A program made the translations under genes and the position numbers. 64,000 nt of DNA from positions 32,001 through 96,000 of IMG/VR virus record IMGVR_UViG_3300028840_002691, one strand, 5' to 3'. The notes below the pieces were generated by a model. That model saw only the letters and a program-made list of their open reading frames with translations, did no database searches and was not told where the DNA came from. Below are positions 56,658-64,000 of the stretch, in pieces (position 1 is the first letter of the stretch; the number at the start of each line of letters is the position of its first letter). This stretch comes from a virus.

Positions 56658-57815
56658 ATGGATTGTGTTGATACTGATTTGACTTATTCTATTCGTGGAA
56701 AGCGTTATTATTATAGTGATGCTTATCTTAAGAGAAAGGGTTTGCTTGAGCGAAAGGCAGAGGTTGAAAAGCAAGAGTTACTTATAAGGAATAGGAGGTT
56801 AGCTGGAAGAGAAGAGAAAAAAAGGAAGAAAAGAGAGCAGTCTGAAGTAAAGGAAAGACTGAAATTGATCAAAGAAGAAGAGAGGCAGGAAAAGAAACAG
56901 AAACAAGTTGAATTGAGAAAAAGACGGAAGTTACTAAAATGGGAAGAAAGGCGTAGTAAAAAGAAGGAAAGAAGAGTACCTGAGAAGTTAGGTAGGGATG
57001 ATCTCTTTTGTTTTTTTGGTTGTGGTAGAAAGGCTAAGTATTTATTTGGTTCTGGAAATGTTTGCTGTGAGGTTCATCATAAAAAATGTCCAGCCGTTAA
57101 TGATCTGATGAAGGAGGTGGTTAGAAAGAAAAAGCGGTATTTGAAGTTGAAATGGGGAGATGATTTTAACAAGATATATCATAACTATTTGTGGTGGCAA
57201 AGATATCCGGATAATTACAACCCGAAATTTGAGCTTAATGAAAAGCAGGACTGGTGGAAGTTAGAGGAATCTTTAAGAGAAGATGATGTTGTTTGTTGTG
57301 AGGAATGTGGTACTTATTATAGTTCTACTTATGATCAATGTCCTTTTTGTGGTGATGGTATAGGAAATAGGATGTTTTTTCGTAGTAATGGTGATCCTAG
57401 AATACATTGGAATACATTATGTGGAACGTTATTTTCTGGGTACTCAGAAAGTTTCTTTTTATCGTTAGTTGCGTTTGTGTCTCCTTCTTCTGGCGATAGT
57501 TATTGTCATGTTTGGGAAGACGATGGGTATAAACAGTATATTTTTGAACGCGATGGGTACGAGTGTATAAACCCTCTTTGTAGAAAGAATGATGGAAGTA
57601 GAAAGCTTGTTAGGCATCATATAAACTATGATAAGTTTGATTGTTCTTATAAGAATATAGCTACGGTCTGTTTGAGTTGTAATTCTAGGGCAAATGGGAA
57701 TCGTGATCTTTGGCAGGCGTACTATCAAATGGTGATGAGAAGGCTTTACGGTTATAGTTATGATAGCCCTTTGAAACTTGATTATGATGGTTTTATGACT
57801 TTGTTGGAAAGTTGA
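56658..57815 (+). CDS. HNH homing endonuclease-like protein
   Basis: CFFGCG Zn domain, ERDGYECINPLC, LVRHHINYDK...N...CLSCN. AT-rich. Confidence 0.85.
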   Translation: MDCVDTDLTYSIRGKRYYYSDAYLKRKGLLERKAEVEKQELLIRNRRLAGREEKKRKKREQSEVKERLKLIKEEERQEKKQKQVELRKRRKLLKWEERRSKKKERRVPEKLGRDDLFCFFGCGRKAKYLFGSGNVCCEVHHKKCPAVNDLMKEVVRKKKRYLKLKWGDDFNKIYHNYLWWQRYPDNYNPKFELNEKQDWWKLEESLREDDVVCCEECGTYYSSTYDQCPFCGDGIGNRMFFRSNGDPRIHWNTLCGTLFSGYSESFFLSLVAFVSPSSGDSYCHVWEDDGYKQYIFERDGYECINPLCRKNDGSRKLVRHHINYDKFDCSYKNIATVCLSCNSRANGNRDLWQAYYQMVMRRLYGYSYDSPLKLDYDGFMTLLES

Positions 57816-57818
57816 AAG

Positions 57819-58073
57819 TGACAAAAAATGTCAACATTTTGACAAAAATTTACCTATATATTTTAACGTGTTAAGGTGCCTTTTTTGCAAAGTCTTTAGC
57901 CTGTAAGGTTTTTCCAATGCCAAAAAATGTCAATGAAAAGCATCTTTTTGACACAAGGTAGACTGATTTTCATAGGTTTGGTTGTTTTAAAAACGTAATA
58001 AAACTGACTGTTTAAAATTTTTTTAAGTTTTTTGACTTTTTAGCTTGACATTGGTACGGTTTTTTCATATGAT
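57819..58073 (+). promoter_or_regulatory. AT-rich control region with TG(A/C)CA-N5-TGTCA palindromes and overlapping sigma70 / sigma54-like promoters
   Basis: Palindromes at 57819-57833 and 57918-57932. TTGACA-N17-TATGAT at 58045-58073. TGGTACG-N4-TTTCA at 58052-58067. Confidence 0.6.
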
Positions 58074-58140
58074 ATGGGTAACAGGATCAAGAAAGGCCAG
58101 GTGGAAGATGGCTGAAATCCTAAAAACAAACAGAATGCTT

Positions 58141-58208
58141 AGAGCCCAGTTGCCACCCAGAGACTGCCTCAGTCTCTGTCTTCCAAGAATGGCGGCTGGG
58201 CTCTTTTT
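58141..58208 (+). terminator. Branched terminator/attenuator in a 5' leader
   Basis: AGAGCCCAGTTGCCA/TGGCGGCTGGGCTCT stem plus T-run, with inner hairpin CAGAGACTG/CAGTCTCTG. Confidence 0.65.
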
Positions 58209-58230
58209 CTTTGAAAGGGGTGATCTTGCA

Positions 58231-58377
58231 ATGAAGTCGTGGTTTGAGCACCGCTTCAACCCGCTGCACATCATGTGTCGGCTGGTGGAGTTGGGAATGG
58301 ACAGGGCAAGGGCACGTTGGCTTTCAATGCGTTACGAGAAATGGTACGATAAAGTCTGCTACTGGGAGGTGAGCTAA
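58231..58377 (+). CDS. Small protein of the NPLHxxCRL type
   Basis: GGGGTGATC RBS. HRFNPLHIMCRLVELG...YE. Confidence 0.6.
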   Translation: MKSWFEHRFNPLHIMCRLVELGMDRARARWLSMRYEKWYDKVCYWEVS

Positions 58378-58381
58378 AGAG

Positions 58382-58618
58382 ATGAGATTCGCAGAGATAC
58401 CAGAACGCATTGAGTTTGAGTGCATAGACAACACGCTCATGTGCTACTCCTGCGACCACCGACTGGCCACCCATTTTTGCAAGGTGGACAGCACGCTGAA
58501 GGTGCCGCTATGCGCAGAGTGCATGAACCTGGACGAGGTGGAGCTGAGGTTTCGGCTGGGCGTTATGAAGAAGCCCAATCTATTGATGATGGACTGTAGC
58601 GAGCTGCTTGTGGTTTAG
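58382..58618 (+). CDS. Small zinc-finger protein
   Basis: CYSC...ATHFC...PLCAEC. Confidence 0.65.
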   Translation: MRFAEIPERIEFECIDNTLMCYSCDHRLATHFCKVDSTLKVPLCAECMNLDEVELRFRLGVMKKPNLLMMDCSELLVV

Positions 58619-58703
58619 CTTTTGACTCTGCCCATCTGTTCTGGGGGCAGGTGGGTGGACTTGAGAGGCTAAATCCAAAAGAGAAAGAGAGGTGAACTAA
58701 GAG

Positions 58704-58946
58704 ATGAAAACCATTTTATCAATCTTCCTCATCTGTGGCTTTTTCTTGGCTGGGGGCTTCGCCAAGTACGACGGCCACGGCAAGGACAACTACACAGTCT
58801 ACGACGACAAGGGCAACCAGACGGGGAGGATCAGAAAGAACCACATCAATGGGGACTTTTACCTGTACGACAACAAGGGCAAGGTCAAGGGACGTATTCA
58901 CTGGAACCCAGTCGTGAACAGGTATGAAATTGAGAAAGGAGAGTGA
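58704..58946 (+). CDS. Small secreted protein with YDxKG repeats
   Basis: Signal peptide, and YDDKGNQTGRI / YDNKGKVKGRI repeats. Confidence 0.7.
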   Translation: MKTILSIFLICGFFLAGGFAKYDGHGKDNYTVYDDKGNQTGRIRKNHINGDFYLYDNKGKVKGRIHWNPVVNRYEIEKGE

Positions 58947-58952
58947 TCTTAA

Positions 58953-59891
58953 ATGAGGAAGAAATATGTATTGTTAAAGGATGATACCAAAACTGTTTTT
59001 GGAAAGACGTTGTTTAGGATTAAGGAGTATGTTTCATTCGGGGATGTTGGGGAAGGTGATATTGGTGGCTATGTAGAGAAAGAAGAAAATTTGAGTCATT
59101 ATGGAGATGCTTGGGTGTCTGGAGATGCTCAGGTGTATGGAAATGCTCGGGTGTATGGAAATGCTCAGGTGTCTGGAGATGCTCAGGTGTATGGAAATGC
59201 TCAGGTGTCTGGAGATGCTCAGGTGTATGGAGATGCTCAGGTGTATGGAGATGCTCAGGTGTCTGGAGATGCTTGGGTGTCTGGAGATGCTCAGGTGTCT
59301 GGAGATGCTCAGGTGTATGGAGATGCTTGGGTGTATGGAAATGCTCGGGTGTATGGAGATGCTCAGGTGTCTGGAGATGCTCGGGTGTCTGGAGATGCTC
59401 AGGTGTCTGGAGATGCTCAGGTGTCTGGAGATGCTCAGGTGTATGGAGATGCTTGGGTGTATGGAAATGCTCAGGTGTCTGGAGATGCTCAGGTGTATGG
59501 AGATGCTCAGGTGTCTGGAGATGCTCGGGTGTATGGAAATGCTCAGGTGTCTGGAGATGCTTGGGTGTATGGAGATGCTTGGGTGTATGGAGATGCTCGG
59601 GTGTATGGAAATGCTCGGGTGTATGGAAATGCTCGGGTGTCTGGAGATGCTTGGGTGTATGGAGATGCTCGGGTGGAAGGAGTAGTTTTGAATCTCCTTG
59701 GTGCTTGTTGCTTTTCTGTGACTGCTTATGGAAAGTATTTGCAGATAGGATGCAAACTGCATACGTTCGCCGAATGGAAAAGATTATTGAAAACAAACGG
59801 CTTAAAAGAAAAGTTTGATCTGTCAGAAAAGGAGTTTCAGGCTTGCGTTGCTGCTGGAGAATACTGTGAAAAGGTGCTGAAAGCGAGGTGA
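58953..59891 (+). CDS. Hexapeptide-repeat (left-handed beta-helix) phage protein
   Basis: KTLFRIK...[19 protein letters not shown], then 32 x [Y/S]G[D/N]A[W/Q/R]V, then IGCKLH...EW. Confidence 0.85.
   Translation: MRKKYVLLKDDTKTVFGKTLFRIKEYVSFGDVGEGDIGGYVEKEENLSHYGDAWVSGDAQVYGNARVYGNAQVSGDAQVYGNAQVSGDAQVYGDAQVYGDAQVSGDAWVSGDAQVSGDAQVYGDAWVYGNARVYGDAQVSGDARVSGDAQVSGDAQVSGDAQVYGDAWVYGNAQVSGDAQVYGDAQVSGDARVYGNAQVSGDAWVYGDAWVYGDARVYGNARVYGNARVSGDAWVYGDARVEGVVLNLLGACCFSVTAYGKYLQIGCKLHTFAEWKRLLKTNGLKEKFDLSEKEFQACVAAGEYCEKVLKAR
59100..59675. repeat. 18-bp tandem repeat, 32 units
   Basis: T(A/C)T GGA (G/A)AT GCT (CAG/CGG/TGG) GTG. Confidence 0.95.
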
Positions 59892-59994
59892 TCTAGTATG
59901 TCAATAAGTCCGTTTTGGAGCTGGATGCTGATTGCGGCCATAGTGTGTGTGGCTGCGGTGGTTACAGAATGGGTAAAGTGAGGTGATCTGAATC

Positions 59995-60300
59995 ATGTCT
60001 AAAAAGAGGAAGAAGCCGGTAAGACATCCAGAGGCACTCTCAACAGAGGAGGTGGTAAGGAAGGTCGAGAACTACGTAGACCCAGCCGAGGCCAGAAGCA
60101 TGGGGGGCTACGTCTGGTGCAAGAAGAACGGGGAAAGGAGGCCGAGGCAGATACCAGTTTGTTCTTGCTTGGGCAGGGAGGCTAACGGTTGCAAGTACCT
60201 GAACAGGGCCAGCGCCAGTCCGTGCCGACCGCTGCTGGAGTTGATGTACTCCAGGGGCAGGGCCTGCAGGCTGCGGGCTAAGGTCTGGTGTGTGTTCTGA
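59995..60300 (+). CDS. Basic Cys-rich hypothetical protein
   Basis: GAGGTGATC RBS. Confidence 0.55.
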   Translation: MSKKRKKPVRHPEALSTEEVVRKVENYVDPAEARSMGGYVWCKKNGERRPRQIPVCSCLGREANGCKYLNRASASPCRPLLELMYSRGRACRLRAKVWCVF

Positions 60301-60316
60301 GAGGGGGTGGTGAGCT

Positions 60317-61297
60317 TTGGTAGGGCAGCTGCTACCTTTGGAATCTGATTCTAGTTTGCTTGGAACTGCTGATGTGATGCAGATGATTCCAAGGCGAACG
60401 ACGGTTGATGACATTAGGGAAGAGTATCGAGATGAGGAGTTCTACTTCGACTTCGAGAGGAAGCTCAGCTATGGGGCGTGCTTCGTGGTGGAGCTTTTCA
60501 TAGATCCGATAGAGGATGTTTTGTCTACTTTCCCTAATCTGGAATTAAAGTATGGTACCAATGGAAGTGGACTAACCCTTTTAGATGCCAAGAGATTCTT
60601 GAGAAAATCCCTTGGCTGGAAACATGAAAAGATAGAAAAAACGGTTAGAGAGATAAAAATTTTTTTGAAATCCAGAAATCTATGGTATGCTAATAATAAA
60701 AAGGAGGTAACACAAATGGCTAAGAGAAAGAGTACGGCAAAGGCAACGAAGAAAAAGGCAGTGGCTAAGAAGGCTGTAGCACCGAAGATCCCAGAGGGTT
60801 TGGAAAGAGTAGCCAAGGCACTTAATGTCAAGCTCACTGGGTCTGATGGGAATGAACATCGTGATCAACTTCTTGATGTCGTGTATAAGATGGATGAGGA
60901 TGAGTACGAGAAGCTACCTCAATATGTGCATGATTGGGCTACGGCTGCTGATGCGGTGAGGAAGTCGATGGACAAGGAAGCTGCTGATGCTGGGGAGAAG
61001 AAGGTTACCAAGGCTAAAGGCAAGAAGAAAAAGGCGGTTCAGAAGAAGAACATGAAGGAGGCCGCTGTATCTCCAAATGGCAATCCTTTCAAACAGGGTT
61101 CTAAGTACGCTTTTGTTTTCGATTGTCTTTCTAAGAAGCCTCATACGATTGAGGATCTTTCGAAGATTCTAACAAAGAAATATGGTGAGAAAACGGGAAA
61201 GAAAGGCAATGTCAGCGTGTATGTGAAAACGATTGGGACCAAGACTGGAAGACTTACTGGCGATTCGAAGGAAGGATTTCAGATTGCAGCATCTTAG
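60317..61297 (+). CDS. Hypothetical N-terminal domain reading in frame into a Lys/Ala-rich histone-like DNA-binding protein (internal start 60716)
   Basis: Internal promoter motif and AAGGAGG before MAKRKSTAKATKKKAVAKK. C-terminal NPFKQGSK winged-helix-like domain. Confidence 0.6.
   Translation: MVGQLLPLESDSSLLGTADVMQMIPRRTTVDDIREEYRDEEFYFDFERKLSYGACFVVELFIDPIEDVLSTFPNLELKYGTNGSGLTLLDAKRFLRKSLGWKHEKIEKTVREIKIFLKSRNLWYANNKKEVTQMAKRKSTAKATKKKAVAKKAVAPKIPEGLERVAKALNVKLTGSDGNEHRDQLLDVVYKMDEDEYEKLPQYVHDWATAADAVRKSMDKEAADAGEKKVTKAKGKKKKAVQKKNMKEAAVSPNGNPFKQGSKYAFVFDCLSKKPHTIEDLSKILTKKYGEKTGKKGNVSVYVKTIGTKTGRLTGDSKEGFQIAAS
60667..60691 (+). promoter_or_regulatory. Promoter-like motif GAAATC-N13-TATGCT
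   Basis: Third copy of the motif. Confidence 0.55.
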
Positions 61298-61319
61298 TCA
61301 TCATCAACTATTATCATTT

Positions 61320-61366
61320 GCCCAGGTGTATCAACCCATTGCGGTGAGATATGCCTGGGCTTTTTT
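61320..61366 (+). terminator. Rho-independent terminator
   Basis: GCCCAGGTGTATC/GATATGCCTGGGC stem followed by T6. Confidence 0.75.
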
Positions 61367-61377
61367 GTGGAGTTTTT

Positions 61378-61659
61378 ATGATTAGGACAGAAGACCTGGC
61401 TAAGAAATTCTTTGAAGTAAGCAAGGAGTTACAGCAGCTTTTTGCTAAGAAAAACTTTGACTATGGCAATGATCAGATCAAAGCTTTTGGTGACTTTGGT
61501 ATTCTTGTTCGTTCTTATGATAAGATTCAGAGGTTGAAAAACATTTATCAAAAGAAGGAGCTATCAGTCCCTGAAGAGACGATTGACGACACGTGGAGGG
61601 ATCTTGCTGTTTATGCTATTATGGCTGTCATGTATCGGAACGGGGAGTGGGAGAAGTAG
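61378..61659 (+). CDS. DUF1599 / nucleotide-modification-associated domain protein
   Basis: KKNFDYG...GILVRSYDKIQRL...ETIDDTWRDLAVYAI. Confidence 0.8.
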   Translation: MIRTEDLAKKFFEVSKELQQLFAKKNFDYGNDQIKAFGDFGILVRSYDKIQRLKNIYQKKELSVPEETIDDTWRDLAVYAIMAVMYRNGEWEK

Positions 61660-63000
61660 ATGTGCGGGTTGAACTTCTGTACGATTGATCCTGAGACTTA
61701 TATCCCTTTGATGAATGAAAAGATATCTTATAGGGGTATTCGTTCTAATTGGTATGTCTATGATGATCTTGGGTTTGGTCATGTTAGACTCCCAATACAA
61801 GGCGTCGATGAAAAATACGATCAGCCGTTTGAGTATAAGAACTGGATCATTCTTTATGTTGGAGAGATATTCAACTATAAGAAGATAGACCCGACTGCGA
61901 ATAGTGATATTGAAGTATTGGCCAAGTCTTGGGATCTGTATGGTGAAGGATGCTTTCATCTGTTTGATGGTTTTTGGTCAGTTGTAGTTTATGATAAACA
62001 GACAGGCGAGACTCATGTCTTTACAGATTTTCTTGCTAAGAAGCCGCTTTATATCCACAAGTACACGAGTTCTGTTTCTTCTGAGATAAAGTCCCTTTGT
62101 CCTTTTAATGGGTATAAGTATTGGCAGGACGAGTACTATTTTTCTTGTGTCAATAAATGGGGCTATTGCCTTAATGAGCATACTTTTATTTCTTCTGTTC
62201 GTAAGATTCCTCCTTGTACTCATCTTGTGATAAAGAACATGAAAGTGGTTTCCGAAAAGAGATACATGGGCATTTCTCCTAGAAAGATTCACCTAAGAGA
62301 AAAGATAGAAACTGCTGTCTATAATAGATTGGTTTCTGATATTCCTATCTCACTTGTATGTTCTGGTGGGTTGGATTCGTCTATTATTTATAAATTGGTA
62401 GAGAAGAAGACGCATGATTTTACTATCTTTCATATTGATAACAAGGAGGGTGAATATCTTAACTATCTGAAGATTCCTGGTGATATTAATGTTGTGATGC
62501 TTTCGTTGGATCAGTTTGATTTGAATGAAGTGCTTTACTATAATGAGGGACCAGTTGATCTAGGTTCTGTGTTTCCTCAATATGAAATGGCCAGTGCTAT
62601 TGCTGGTACCGGGTTGAGCGTCGCTCTTTCTGGTGATGGTGCTGATGAGTTGTTTGGTGGATATACTAGGATATCTGATTATGATTCTCAGTGGTCTGAT
62701 GTATTTGAGGAGTTGGTTTATTATCATTTGCCGAGACTTGATAAGTTAATGATGGCTAAGACAATCGAACTGCGCTGTCCTTATCTTTCTGAACCTGTGA
62801 TTGCTGGGGCGCTTTCACTTCCTTATAAAGACAGGATGAAAAAGAAAATCTTGAAAGAAATGTTTTCTGATATTCTTCCAAAACAGATTATTGAAAGGGA
62901 CAAGGTAGCTTTGAAGAGTAAAATGGTTTTGGAAGGTGGGTTGGAATGGCGATATTATCTTGTTAACAAATTCAGAGCGGAGGTATTTAATGAATATTGA
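61660..63000 (+). CDS. Asparagine-synthetase-like glutamine amidotransferase
   Basis: N-terminal MCG (Ntn Cys), GHVRLPI, GEIFNY, SDIEV, SGGLDSS, SGDGADELFGGY, RLDK...ELRCPYL. Confidence 0.92.
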   Translation: MCGLNFCTIDPETYIPLMNEKISYRGIRSNWYVYDDLGFGHVRLPIQGVDEKYDQPFEYKNWIILYVGEIFNYKKIDPTANSDIEVLAKSWDLYGEGCFHLFDGFWSVVVYDKQTGETHVFTDFLAKKPLYIHKYTSSVSSEIKSLCPFNGYKYWQDEYYFSCVNKWGYCLNEHTFISSVRKIPPCTHLVIKNMKVVSEKRYMGISPRKIHLREKIETAVYNRLVSDIPISLVCSGGLDSSIIYKLVEKKTHDFTIFHIDNKEGEYLNYLKIPGDINVVMLSLDQFDLNEVLYYNEGPVDLGSVFPQYEMASAIAGTGLSVALSGDGADELFGGYTRISDYDSQWSDVFEELVYYHLPRLDKLMMAKTIELRCPYLSEPVIAGALSLPYKDRMKKKILKEMFSDILPKQIIERDKVALKSKMVLEGGLEWRYYLVNKFRAEVFNEY

Positions 63001-63412
63001 TGACGCTGGGAGTGTTGTGGTACCGGAGCATGAAGATGATATGCTTAGATTGGTTTTTGCTAGACAGAGGGAGCTGATGGAGAAGTATCATCCGATTGAG
63101 AAAGAAAAGGGATTATTGCAGGATGAAAATATTCCTGTGAATATTGATTCTCATCTTGGACAAGCTAGGTTAAAAGACTTTGCCTGGCGTGTTACTGAAG
63201 AGATCGGTGAGGCGATGAATTGTTTGAAAAATAAACCTTGGAAACAGACTCAGATGCAGACAGATGTCCATCATTATTTAGAAGAGATTGTTGATGCCTT
63301 TCATTTCTTTATAGAACTTTGTATTCTTTCGGGGATGTCTGCTGAAGATCTTTTCACTTTTTACTTCAAGAAGAGTGAGGTCAATAAGTTTAGACAGCGG
63401 TCAAACTACTGA
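62990..63412 (+). CDS. Dimeric dUTPase / all-alpha NTP pyrophosphatase
   Basis: EEIGEA...KPWK...LEEIVDAFHFF...KKSEVNKFRQ. Confidence 0.85.
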   Translation: MNIDDAGSVVVPEHEDDMLRLVFARQRELMEKYHPIEKEKGLLQDENIPVNIDSHLGQARLKDFAWRVTEEIGEAMNCLKNKPWKQTQMQTDVHHYLEEIVDAFHFFIELCILSGMSAEDLFTFYFKKSEVNKFRQRSNY

Positions 63413-63927
63413 TGCGATCACTGAAACTTATAGAAAGATGTGTTCATAATTGCAGGAGGTGTGGTGATACCTTTGGCAACTCTGCCTGTGGTTTTGGCAA
63501 AGATGATAAGCCTTATGTCTTTTTTATAGGGACGAATCCGTGGGTTAAAGATCATGCTTTTGAGGATGGCAAGGGAATTTCTATTTTGAAAAGAAATCTG
63601 GCTGAATGGAAGTTTGATGATTTTTACTTTTGTAATATAGTAAAATGCCAAATGCCTTGGAATGGGAACCCGAGACAAGAACAGATCGATAACTGTAGGT
63701 CCTATTTGCTTGAACAAATAGAGGTTGTTAGACCAGGAATGCTGGTGTTTTTTGGTAAACAGGTTTCTGAATCGTTTGGTCTTCGATTTCTTCCTTGGAC
63801 TTTTGAGAATTTTGGTGAACGCGATGTCCTTATCGTCCCGCACTTTTCATCTATTTTATATGGTGGGACAATTGAGGATATCAAAAGATACTATAGAAGA
63901 TTGAAGGAGGATTTGGATATTGACTAA
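63412..63927 (+). CDS. Uracil-DNA glycosylase family 4-like (4Fe-4S)
   Basis: CRRC, FIGTNP, NIVKC...P...IDNCRSYL..QI..VRP, PHFS. Confidence 0.8.
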   Translation: MRSLKLIERCVHNCRRCGDTFGNSACGFGKDDKPYVFFIGTNPWVKDHAFEDGKGISILKRNLAEWKFDDFYFCNIVKCQMPWNGNPRQEQIDNCRSYLLEQIEVVRPGMLVFFGKQVSESFGLRFLPWTFENFGERDVLIVPHFSSILYGGTIEDIKRYYRRLKEDLDID

Positions 63928-64000
63928 ACCCAGGGCACTTGGTGTTACATGTGGGATTGGAAGTATGTTGATTGGTGCCAGACAAGCTGGGTTTGATATT
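63920..64000 (+). CDS. Probable C5 DNA methyltransferase-like gene, truncated by the window end
   Basis: TTG start after AAGGAGG. ALGVTCGIGSMLIGARQAGFDI resembles C5-MTase motif I. Confidence 0.55.
   Translation, partial: MTKPRALGVTCGIGSMLIGARQAGFDI

Noticed and set aside
59020-59818. Alternative-frame and reverse-strand ORFs (MEMLRC, GVWRCS, TPEHL, HPSISI repeats)
   Set aside because: These are artefacts of a stop-free 18-bp repeat. Only 58953-59891 has an RBS and non-repetitive flanking domains.
58217-59990. Repeated GGTGATCT motif as an operator
   Set aside because: It lies just upstream of start codons and matches the extended Shine-Dalgarno complement of the 16S rRNA 3' end.
1-64000. 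Genome-wide stop codon reassignment (TGA or TAG)
   Set aside because: Long genes are intact in code 11, and many end in TGA with ATGA/TGATG overlaps. Only one convincing in-frame TGA was found.
1-64000. tRNA, rRNA, integrase, repressor or cas genes
   Set aside because: None were recognised by eye. A tRNAscan/Infernal run would be needed to exclude small RNAs.

Overview
The window is a 64 kb segment of a large tailed dsDNA phage, probably a siphovirus. Essentially all credible genes lie on the + strand. The host is probably Gram-negative, and there are tentative hints of Desulfobacterota. From left to right it contains: the right end of an IS200/IS605 (TnpB) element; a nucleotide-sugar modification cluster (epimerase, two methyltransferases, Gfo/Idh/MocA); a rearranged accessory region carrying a captured PurZ/PurZ0-like gene; terS, terL and a sigma-like factor; a head module; an O-antigen-ligase/O-oligosaccharyltransferase-like membrane protein; neck and tail genes; a lysis cassette; replication genes; small early-type genes; and the start of a nucleotide/DNA-modification cluster (DUF1599, AsnB-like amidotransferase, dimeric dUTPase, UDG, C5-methyltransferase-like). 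The head module comprises portal, two secreted beta-helix proteins, minor head protein, protease/scaffold, three decoration paralogs, the major capsid protein and two further paralogs. The tail region has two tail-tube paralogs, a -1 frameshift chaperone, tape measure, Dit, tailspike, hub and two C1q-like proteins. The three most notable observations are hypotheses: (1) an S-G-x-(T/S) motif enriched in outer virion proteins, together with an O-OTase-like gene inside the structural operon, suggesting a phage-encoded virion glycosylation system; (2) an endolysin with an in-frame TGA followed by a SECIS-like hairpin, a candidate selenocysteine-gated lysis gene; (3) a PurZ-like gene whose capture junctions are still visible. 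All calls come from motif recognition by eye, and no database searches were run.
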